Assembly: GCF_008065095.1 (NCBI RefSeq)
Contig: NZ_CP042911.1
Location: forward strand, 6,270,001-6,302,000
Length of the DNA: 32,000 nucleotides
Direction of reading: 5' to 3'
Origin: Gemmata obscuriglobus
GTDB taxonomy: Bacteria; Planctomycetota; Planctomycetia; Gemmatales; Gemmataceae
Part shown: one piece after another, positions 1 to 6,609 of the stretch
Position numbering within the stretch: the first letter of the stretch is position 1
How the letters are laid out: each line of letters starts with the position of its first letter
Notes under the pieces: generated by a model
Database searches by the model: none
Told to the model about the DNA's origin: nothing
Seen by the model: the letters and a program-made list of their open reading frames with translations, nothing else
Program-made: the position numbers and the translations under genes

Positions 1-579
1 CGCGAGTTCGTACCCCTGGTCAGCGTATTTGGGGAACTCGGCCTTCAGATTCGCCAGCGCCGCCCGCACGTCCGCGATCATCTTCGTGTAATACGGCCCC
101 ACCTCTCCGCCCGAACTCGGCGGCCGGAAGTCCTTGTACAGGCTCTTCCCGCCCCACGCGGTCTTGATCAGGAGCACTTGGTTCTCGAAGTGATCGCCCA
201 GCACGTGCCCGAACTGTAGTTCCGGACCGAAGTGGTGCTTGTCGCCGTACACACTGAACCCCATTCCGAGCGGCCCGGCCAAGAGCGGTCCCCTCTCGCG
301 CTGGTACCGCACCCACACGTCGTCACGCGTGCCCCAGTCGCCCCGGTCGTTCCGCAGGTGCCTCACCAGCTTCGCCCGGTCGGGGTCATCAAGGAGGGTC
401 TTGAGCGTCCCCTTGCCGTCGTTGTAGTCCTTGCCGCTGAGGTCCGTTACCGAGTGCCCCTCCATGTTCGACTGGCCGGCAAGCACGAACACCTTCACCG
501 GTTTGGTTGCGTCCCCGGCCCAGATGTTGGGTGGGCAAGCAAAGAGGATCAGCAGACATGCGAGGCGGGTTGCGCGCAT
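1..579 (-). CDS. SGNH-type carbohydrate esterase, sialate O-acetylesterase-like (N-terminal part; gene runs off the window start)
   Basis: The minus-strand frame is open from ATG at 579 to position 1; it is absent from the ORF track because there is no stop in the window. My translation is MRATRLACLLILFACPPNIWAGDATKPVKVFVLAGQSNMEGHSV...FGPELQFGHVLGDHF...LLIKTAWGGKSLYKDF. It shows a signal-peptide-like N-terminus followed by the GQSNMEG block typical of sialate O-acetylesterase/DUF303 SGNH esterases. Confidence 0.75.
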   Translation of the reverse strand, partial: MRATRLACLLILFACPPNIWAGDATKPVKVFVLAGQSNMEGHSVTDLSGKDYNDGKGTLKTLLDDPDRAKLVRHLRNDRGDWGTRDDVWVRYQRERGPLLAGPLGMGFSVYGDKHHFGPELQFGHVLGDHFENQVLLIKTAWGGKSLYKDFRPPSSGGEVGPYYTKMIADVRAALANLKAEFPKYADQGYELA

Positions 580-746
580 GAGGACGGAACTCGTGAGGTG
601 ACCGGGGCGGGATGCCGACCGTTTTACCGCGCCGCCGGGTCGGTACGCAAGAATTCGTCTGACGGCTGTCTCCGGCACGTGCGGAACCCGTTTCGAGTGA
701 TGGGTTCACTTCGACTCGCTGCTTTTAAACACACCAGGAGAGCGCG

Positions 747-1136
747 ATGAAGCGTGCGTTGTTCGGGCTGGCCGCATTTGTGGCAGGGGTGGCGCTGATG
801 ACTTCGTCGGCGGTGTCCCAGCCACCCGACGGCAAGGGCGGTAAGGGAGCGGGCAAGGGTGGCATGCGCGCCGGGTTCAAATTGGGCACCATTCTCCCCC
901 CGTTCATGGTCGAAGAGCTGAAGCTGACCGACGAGCAGAAGACCCAACTGGCGGATCTCGAAAAGGACGTGAAAACGAAGCTCGACAAGCTCCTCACCGA
1001 CGAGCAGAAGAAGTCGCTCGAGAACGCCCGTCCGGGCGGCGGCTTCCCGGGTGGGCAAGGCGGCGACAAGGGCGGCAAAGGCGGTGGCAAGGGCGGCGAT
1101 AAGGGGGGTAAGGGCGATCGCCAGCCGGGTGAGTAA
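747..1136 (+). CDS. secreted LTXXQ-motif (Spy/CpxP-like) periplasmic protein with Gly/Lys-rich tails
   Basis: 129-aa ORF with a signal peptide (MKRALFGLAAFVAGVALMTSSAVS). Two LTDEQK motifs (LKLTDEQKTQL, LLTDEQKKSL) match the LTXXQ/Spy/CpxP family. They are flanked by G/K low complexity (GKGGKGAGKGG; GGDKGGKGGGKGGDKGGKG). Confidence 0.6.
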   Translation: MKRALFGLAAFVAGVALMTSSAVSQPPDGKGGKGAGKGGMRAGFKLGTILPPFMVEELKLTDEQKTQLADLEKDVKTKLDKLLTDEQKKSLENARPGGGFPGGQGGDKGGKGGGKGGDKGGKGDRQPGE

Positions 1137-1307
1137 CTCGCGTGCCAGGTGCGAGCGTGCCGCGCGTTGCCCATAAGTGAGCAACGCCGCGCTTCAAACT
1201 CGGCTGAATAGTTACAGTCTTGGAGCGATTGGTGAAGCGTCTCGCTCCCGAATTCTGCACCCGAGCGGCAGTCCATTCAGATCGCGCCACTGATGCAGCG
1301 TCAAGTT

Positions 1308-1792
1308 TTAATTTGGGGTCGAGCGAGTGAGCGAGTTCAGTTCGGCCCTCGCGTCTTCGAGGCGGAATTGCCACTCGACACCGCGTTGCTGGCCGTTGAC
1401 ATACTCGTGCCACGCGACCGCCTCCTTGCGCAACTTTTCGATCCTTGAAACTGCCGGCATCCCAATGACCTGAGCCTCTTGCCGTCGAGCACCTCGGGCC
1501 GTGACGCGTGGTCACGGGGTCGGCCGTGGGGGACTACTTCGAACCTCGACGTGACGAACCGTCCGCGGACGTTTTCGACAGTTCCGGCCCGGCACCCCAC
1601 GGCCTCGGCGATCTTCGCGTCTGTCCCTGGGCCGCCTGCGTCGGCCTTCGGCAGGACGTGCGCGCGACGCACCATCGGCGACCAGCCATTGAGCTTCTTG
1701 ACCACGTCCGCCACCGTCGCCCGCTCATTAGCGGTGGGCCGAACGATATACTTCTTTTGCGTGACGGAGCCCGGGGGCACAGCGTCCCACAA
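1308..1792 (-). pseudogene. IS630-family transposase relic (HTH N-terminus joined out of frame to the C-terminal tail; DDE core missing)
   Basis: ORF 1337..1792(-) reads KKYIVRPTANERATVADVVKKLNGWSPMVRRAHVLPKADAGGPGTDAKIAEAVGCRAGTVENVRGRFV, the helix-turn-helix N-terminus typical of IS630-family transposases. Another frame of about 1308-1460(-) reads GMPAVSRIEKLRKEAVAWHEYVNGQQRGVEWQFRLEDARAELNSLTRSTPN*, the usual C-terminal tail of that family. Only about 150 aa remain where roughly 340 are expected. An imperfect inverted match, 1295-1306 versus 1822-1833 (10 of 12), may be the terminal repeats. Confidence 0.6.
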
Positions 1793-1823
1793 GCCGGGCT
1801 CAGTAACATCCTAATTCCTGGAC

Positions 1824-2819
1824 TTGACACCGCACTCGTCTGTGAACGCCTCATTCACTCCGCCGCCGTCCAGCCCCATCGCTCGCTTCGGCCCCGCGAC
1901 CGCAGGATTGGTGTGGCAGCCCGCGCCGGCCGGGTTCAGCGGGGCGGTCGTCTGGCGCGGTGATGATTCATCAGGTGTGCCGCAAGTGGCCCTGAAGGGG
2001 TGGCCGCTCAACACCACACTCGAACGCGTTCAAGAGGTTCATTCTTGGCTGGCGCAGGCGTCCGCGCTCCCATTCGTACCGACCGTGCTCCGAAGTGCGT
2101 CCGGGGGCACGGTGGTTTCCGCGGACGGGCGCGTCTGGGACGCGTGCCGGTGGCTCCCGGGAGCACCAGCCGCTTCACCGACCGGGGCGGAGGTGCGGGC
2201 GGCGTGCGAAGCGGCCGCTCGACTGCACCTCGCGTGGCCGGCCGGCCCGGTGAAGCGCCCGTGTCCCGCGGTCGACGCGCGGCTCCGATTGTTGGTCGAT
2301 CACCAAGCACTCTATGCGGTCGGTACGATCCTTCCGGCCCGCGCGCCGCAACTCGATGCGATCTTGGCTTGTGCCGCCACGGAAGTCGGTCGGCGTGCCG
2401 GTGCGGCGGTTGAAGCGCTGCGGCCATGGGCCGCGTGGCCGGTCGGGGCGGGGCCGTGCGTGCGTGACCTCCGGCGCGAACACGTGCTTTTCCAGGGGCC
2501 GGTCGTGACCGGCATCATCGATTATGGCGCGATGGCGGTCGACACCCCCGCCGGCGACCTCGCCCGGCTCCTCGGTGACTTCGCCGAAGCCGATCCCGCG
2601 CTCTTTGAGGACGGCCTGAACGCGTACCGACGCGCCGGCGGACCGCTCGACGTGCCCGACGAGTTCGTTCGGCTGCTCGCGACCACGGGCACGCTGTGCT
2701 CGTTGCTCGGGTGGCTGTTCCGGCTCTTCGTGCGCGCGGAACCGATCGCCGACCCCGTCACACTGGCCCGCCGCCTCACGCAGTTGATCGATCGAGTATC
2801 ACACCTGGTCCATTTCTAG
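1824..2819 (+). CDS. phosphotransferase-family protein (aminoglycoside/choline-kinase-like fold)
   Basis: 331-aa ORF. It has an N-terminal FSGAVVWRG...VALKGWP lobe, then RDLRREHVLF (catalytic-loop position) and GIIDYGAMAVDTPAGDLARLL (DFG-like metal-binding position), the order seen in APH/ChoK-type kinases. The start is uncertain: TTG 1824 lies inside the putative IS terminal repeat, with alternatives at TTG 1908 and GTG 1911. Confidence 0.5.
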   Translation: MTPHSSVNASFTPPPSSPIARFGPATAGLVWQPAPAGFSGAVVWRGDDSSGVPQVALKGWPLNTTLERVQEVHSWLAQASALPFVPTVLRSASGGTVVSADGRVWDACRWLPGAPAASPTGAEVRAACEAAARLHLAWPAGPVKRPCPAVDARLRLLVDHQALYAVGTILPARAPQLDAILACAATEVGRRAGAAVEALRPWAAWPVGAGPCVRDLRREHVLFQGPVVTGIIDYGAMAVDTPAGDLARLLGDFAEADPALFEDGLNAYRRAGGPLDVPDEFVRLLATTGTLCSLLGWLFRLFVRAEPIADPVTLARRLTQLIDRVSHLVHF

Positions 2820-2951
2820 AGCGTCTCCGTCCGGGCCGGTCTCAGCGCGGCTGCGGGGGCCACCGGCCGGGGTGCGCGGGGCCGCGCTCCCGGAATATCC
2901 GACACAGTCGGAATAACAGTCAAAGTCGCTGAAAATGACGGCTGCGCGGAT

Positions 2952-2979
2952 TTGACACCCCCGGCGCGCGCTCTACGGT
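2952..2979 (+). promoter_or_regulatory. candidate sigma-70-type promoter upstream of the flp genes
   Basis: TTGACA (2952-2957), a 16-nt spacer, then TACGGT (2974-2979). It lies about 175 nt upstream of the first flp start. Pattern match only. Confidence 0.3.
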
Positions 2980-3154
2980 TCGGGTGTGAACGGGTCGTCT
3001 GGCAACGCCGGTTCGGTTTCGAGACGACGGCCCGGTAATTTTCGGTCGCCGGTCCGTCGCAGCGGCGCCGGGACACGAAAAGTTGACCGGTAGCGACGCC
3101 CGCGTGACCGAGTTCCGGCGACCGGCCGGCTCGCGAAGCACACGGAGAGATGTC

Positions 3155-3352
3155 ATGCTCGGCCGGTTCACACGGCGGGTCGTCGAGTTTCTGAAAGGGG
3201 AAGACGGTCCGACCGCCGTCGAGTACGCCGTCATGCTGGCGCTGATCATCGTCGTGCTCGTCGCGGCGATCAGCAACATCGGCGGTACGACGAGTGCGAT
3301 GTACAACGATTTGAGCCTTCAAGGGGTGAAACCCGGCGGCTCGGGGTCCTGA
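3155..3352 (+). CDS. flp: Flp-family type IVb pilin (copy 1)
   Basis: Internal ATG at 3155 of ORF 3083..3352, preceded by GGAGAGA. The 65-aa product is MLGRFTRRVVEFLKGEDGPTAVEYAVMLALIIVVLVAAIS..., showing the Flp signature (G followed by xxxxEY and a hydrophobic helix). Confidence 0.9.
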   Translation: MLGRFTRRVVEFLKGEDGPTAVEYAVMLALIIVVLVAAISNIGGTTSAMYNDLSLQGVKPGGSGS

Positions 3353-3449
3353 CCTGGTGGGTGGGTTTCGGTTCGTGGCGCCGTGCGGGGCGGGGAACCC
3401 GGTGCGGCGTCGGTTCGGTGGTTACCAACTTTTTACGGGAGATCGGATC

Positions 3450-3650
3450 ATGCGCAGTCTGACCAAGAGCCTGGTGAACTTCCTGAAGGCCGAAGACGGG
3501 CCGACCGCCGTGGAGTACGCGGTGATGCTGGCCCTGATCGTGGTGGTGTGCATCGCCGCCATCACCACCCTGGGCTCCAACGCGAACAGCACGTTCAGCT
3601 TCGTCGGCTCGTCCATCAAGCCGCCGACCGGTGGCGCCGCCGCCAGCTAA
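3450..3650 (+). CDS. flp: Flp-family type IVb pilin (copy 2)
   Basis: Internal ATG at 3450 of ORF 3357..3650, preceded by GGGAGA. The 66-aa product is MRSLTKSLVNFLKAEDGPTAVEYAVMLALIVVVCIAAITT..., with the same Flp signature. Confidence 0.9.
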   Translation: MRSLTKSLVNFLKAEDGPTAVEYAVMLALIVVVCIAAITTLGSNANSTFSFVGSSIKPPTGGAAAS

Positions 3651-3653
3651 GTG

Positions 3654-3715
3654 GCCTGCGGGACCACCGCGCAGGCGCGACACGGGCCGGGACGCTACGG
3701 CGGCCCCGGCCCGTG
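3654..3715 (+). terminator. two stem-loops just after flp2 (candidate attenuator or mRNA-stabilising structure)
   Basis: Hairpin 1 is GCCTGCG (3654-3660) paired with CGCAGGC (3670-3676). Hairpin 2 is CACGGGCCGGG (3681-3691) paired with CCCGGCCCGTG (3705-3715), 11 bp perfect. There is no U tract, so this is not a classical intrinsic terminator. Confidence 0.4.
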
Positions 3716-3785
3716 CCGCGCGCCGAACACACCGGTGCGAGCGCCCCCTGCCCGTAACCCCAACCCCGTGACAAGAGAACCTGTA

Positions 3786-4574
3786 ATGAGTAACGCCGCA
3801 CCCGTCCTGCCGACTCCGGTAACCGCCGCGGACGACTCGCTCGGGATCGACCGCGCGTTCGTCCTCCAGATGGCCAAGATGCCGCTCCTCGCGCTCGCGT
3901 GGCTGGCCGCCGCGGTCGCGGCCCACTTCCTCTGGGCCGCGGTCTGGCCCGAGGGGCTCAACGGCGGCCCGCTGGTGGTCATCTGCGTGGGCATGGTCCT
4001 GGCCGCGGTCATCGACGGGTGGGCGCTGAAGGTGCCCAACTGGCTCACGATGCCGCTGGTCCTGAGCGGCTGGATGCTGGGCGGGCTGCACGACCTCGGG
4101 GTCCCGGTGGACGCCGGAACCGGCGGGCTCGCGCTCGCGGTGCTGGGCACCGTGTTCGGGTTCGCGCTGCTGCTGCCGATGCTGGCGATTGGCGGGGTGG
4201 GCGCGGGCGACGTGAAGATGCAAATGGGGTTCGGGGCGTGGGTCGGGGCGTTCTTCGGAACCGGGGGGACGACCGCCGTGACGGGCACCCCGCTGCACGG
4301 CATGAGCGTTGTGTTCGGCGCGTTCTGCTTCGGTGCGGTCGTGGGCGGCGCGTTCGGGCTTATCATCATCCTCATCCGCCGCCAGTTCAAACAGAACGCC
4401 GGCATCGTGCGGGAGATCATGAGCGACCTCCACATGTTCGGTACCGGCCAGGTGAGCGCCGCCAGCAAGCGGGCGCACGACCGCCGCAGCCGCTGGACCA
4501 AACTGCCCTACGGGATCCCGCTGTGCGTCGGGTTCCTGCTTTACCTCGGCTACAAGCTGTTGCTTGTGGGGTGA
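3786..4574 (+). CDS. cpaA: prepilin peptidase, A24 family (CpaA/TadV)
   Basis: ATG 3786 within ORF 3651..4574. The protein is polytopic, with the two aspartyl-protease motifs AAVIDGWALKVPNWLT and GGVGAGDVKMQMGFGAW. Its position directly after the flp genes fits this role. Confidence 0.85.
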   Translation: MSNAAPVLPTPVTAADDSLGIDRAFVLQMAKMPLLALAWLAAAVAAHFLWAAVWPEGLNGGPLVVICVGMVLAAVIDGWALKVPNWLTMPLVLSGWMLGGLHDLGVPVDAGTGGLALAVLGTVFGFALLLPMLAIGGVGAGDVKMQMGFGAWVGAFFGTGGTTAVTGTPLHGMSVVFGAFCFGAVVGGAFGLIIILIRRQFKQNAGIVREIMSDLHMFGTGQVSAASKRAHDRRSRWTKLPYGIPLCVGFLLYLGYKLLLVG

Positions 4575-4602
4575 CGGCCTGTTGAACCGGGACGCGGCGC
4601 CT

Positions 4603-4618
4603 CATCCGCGTTCCGAAC
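4603..4618. repeat. copy of the intergenic repeat core TCCGCGTTCCGAA
   Basis: CATCCGCGTTCCGAAC sits about 30 nt after the cpaA stop. The 14-mer ATCCGCGTTCCGAA is identical to 14735-14748. Confidence 0.6.
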
Positions 4619-5067
4619 CGCCGGGCCGCATTACGGCGCGGCAGCACTCCACGTTCGCAATTCGGGGCCGGTCTCAAACTGTTACGCGTAATCGGAAGAA
4701 TCGCTCGTTTCACTCCCGCGGTGCGAGTTGCGGTGATCTATAGAACTGGCAAGCTGCGAGTTTTTGGCGCAGACCAGAAACTCCGAAATATTGAAGGAAC
4801 CCGACCCGCCCGGTCGATCCAGAGGGCGGGGAGAATGGCGTCACAACACATCAGTTCGGCAAACTCGGTAGGATTCGACGAATCGGCGCTCCCGCTTCGA
4901 GCGCCCGGATCTCGACCACCGGATCGGACCGATGGCGCCTCGGGTCTCGACCAGCAGCGGGCTTCGCGTGCCCTCCCGGGTGGGATCGGCGGCGCGCGCC
5001 GCCGAAGCGCCCGATCGGGCGCGGCCGCAGGGCCGTTGAACCAACAATCCCCGAGGTTTTTGCACCC

Positions 5068-6396
5068 ATGAAGCAGAAGAACGTGATTCTGATGGTGGTG
5101 GCGGTCGGGTGCGGCCTGGTGGCCGCGTTCCTGACCGCACAGATGAGCGCCAAGCCCATCGAACAGATGGAGGTCGTGGTCGCGGCCAAGGACCTGCCGG
5201 TCGGCACCATGCTCGGGAAGGAAGACCTGAAGGCCGCGGTCAAGATCGTCAAGCGGCCGAAAGAGGGGCTGCCGCCGACGGTGGTGCTGAACCCGGAGGA
5301 GCTGGTGGACAAGCGCCTCTCGCGCCCGATCCGGGCCGAAGAGGTGATCAACTCGCAGGACCTCAGTAAGGGCGGGGTGATTACGCTGCCCGAGGGGTAC
5401 CACATGGTGTCGCTCCAGTTGGGGGCGGGCCAGGCCGCGGCCGGGTTCGTCGGGCCGGGGAGCCGGGTGAACGTCCACGCCACCATGCGGCTGGGGAACA
5501 AGATCGAGGCGTTCCCGCTGCTGGTCGACATGCTCGTGGTCGCGGTCGGGACCGAGACGGCGTACAGCAAGGAGGGGACGTTCCCGAACCTGAACATGGT
5601 GTCGTTCGCGGTGCAGGAAAAGCAGGCCCTGCTGCTGTCGCTGGCCAAGAGCCGCGGTTGCAACATCGAGCTGATGCTCCGGCACCCGGGAGAGTCGATC
5701 GAGAGCGACAAGGCTTTCAATATTGACGAGGTGATCAAGAAGCTGTCCGACGAAAAGAACCCGGCCCAGGTGACCGGCGCGGGCGAGAGCACGCCTAAGG
5801 GCAAGTCCGGCGAGCCGGCCGAGCCGGCCCCGAAGGCCGAACCGCCCGCGAAGGAGACGCCGCCGGCGCCGCAGCAGAAGCCGGAACCGCCCCCGATCCC
5901 GATGGTCAAAGTGCTGGTGGCCAAGAGCGACATCAAGCCGAACACCGAGATCACCGCGGACCTGATCCGCGAGGAGTTCGAGGAGGCGACCCTGCCCAAG
6001 CAGTTCGCCGGCGGGGCGCTGGGCGACCTGAACGAGGCGCTGGGCCAGTTCCTCCGCACCGGCGTGGCCAAGGGCCAGTGGGTGACGCCGGGCATGGTCG
6101 GCATCCAGAGCCCGAAGTCGTCGCCGCCGCCCGCGGAGCCGAAGCCGGCCATCGAGCCGCCGAAGCCGGCCGAGCCGCCGAAGCCGGCCGAACAGCCGAA
6201 GCCCGCGGCCCCGGTGGCCAAGCGCAAGACGCTCGACGTGACGCTCCACACGGCCAACGGCACCGTCGTTCACCGGTACGAGGAATTGGCGTCGGGCAAA
6301 TGGAAGAAGGTCGCCGAACTGACCCCCGAGCGGGCCAACCAGGGTGAAGCCTCAGAGGCGCCCGAGCCCCCGAAGGGCGACCGCAAGGTCGACTGA
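5068..6396 (+). CDS. cpaB: Flp pilus assembly protein CpaB/RcpC, extended form with a second SAF-like domain
   Basis: N-terminal TM segment (VILMVVAVGCGLVAAFL). A SAF-like segment follows (VVVAAKDLPVGTMLGKEDL...RPIRAEEVINSQDL), then an RcpC-type segment (LPEGYHMVSLQLG...GFVGPGSRVNVHAT). Unusually there is then a Pro-rich linker, a second SAF-like block (VKVLVAKSDIKPNTEITADL...GQWVTPGMVG) and PKPAEP repeats. Confidence 0.85.
   Translation: MKQKNVILMVVAVGCGLVAAFLTAQMSAKPIEQMEVVVAAKDLPVGTMLGKEDLKAAVKIVKRPKEGLPPTVVLNPEELVDKRLSRPIRAEEVINSQDLSKGGVITLPEGYHMVSLQLGAGQAAAGFVGPGSRVNVHATMRLGNKIEAFPLLVDMLVVAVGTETAYSKEGTFPNLNMVSFAVQEKQALLLSLAKSRGCNIELMLRHPGESIESDKAFNIDEVIKKLSDEKNPAQVTGAGESTPKGKSGEPAEPAPKAEPPAKETPPAPQQKPEPPPIPMVKVLVAKSDIKPNTEITADLIREEFEEATLPKQFAGGALGDLNEALGQFLRTGVAKGQWVTPGMVGIQSPKSSPPPAEPKPAIEPPKPAEPPKPAEQPKPAAPVAKRKTLDVTLHTANGTVVHRYEELASGKWKKVAELTPERANQGEASEAPEPPKGDRKVD
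6136..6207 (+). repeat. in-frame 18-bp tandem repeat (4 units; units 2 and 3 identical) encoding EP(P)KPA
   Basis: The units are GAGCCGAAGCCGGCCATC, GAGCCGCCGAAGCCGGCC twice (6154-6171 and 6172-6189), and GAACAGCCGAAGCCCGCG. They lie inside cpaB. Confidence 0.9.
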
Positions 6397-6609
6397 CGAA
6401 GCACCCGTTCCCCGGCTGTGGTGGCGAGACCGCATCCGGGGGACACAACCCGACGGCCGCGCACCGGTCAGGAAGACCTGTGAGGCCGGCGGGCGCCCAG
6501 GCGGGGCGGAGCCGCCACGAGATTGGAACCCGGTCGGGGCCGCACCCGCACCGGCAACAGTGCAGCGAGGGCGGAGCGATCCGCACTCACTACGAGGAGA
6601 GGTGACAGG

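Noticed and set aside
4721-5071. ORF 4721..5071(+) in the cpaA-cpaB spacer, whose stop overlaps the cpaB ATG in an ATGA arrangement (looks like translational coupling).
   Set aside because: The translation is Arg/Ser/Gly-rich and disordered, with no TM or motif. By my hand count from the internal ATG 4835, only about two thirds of codons end in G or C, versus roughly nine in ten in neighbouring genes, so it is probably non-coding.
3083-6609. Extended upstream starts given by the ORF track for flp1 (3083), flp2 (3357), cpaA (3651) and cpaC (6523), and similarly 21107 and 24724 for later genes.
   Set aside because: The N-terminal extensions are Arg/Gly-rich and precede the recognisable signal or leader peptides. 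Internal ATG/GTG codons with purine-rich RBS at the right spacing give products of canonical length.
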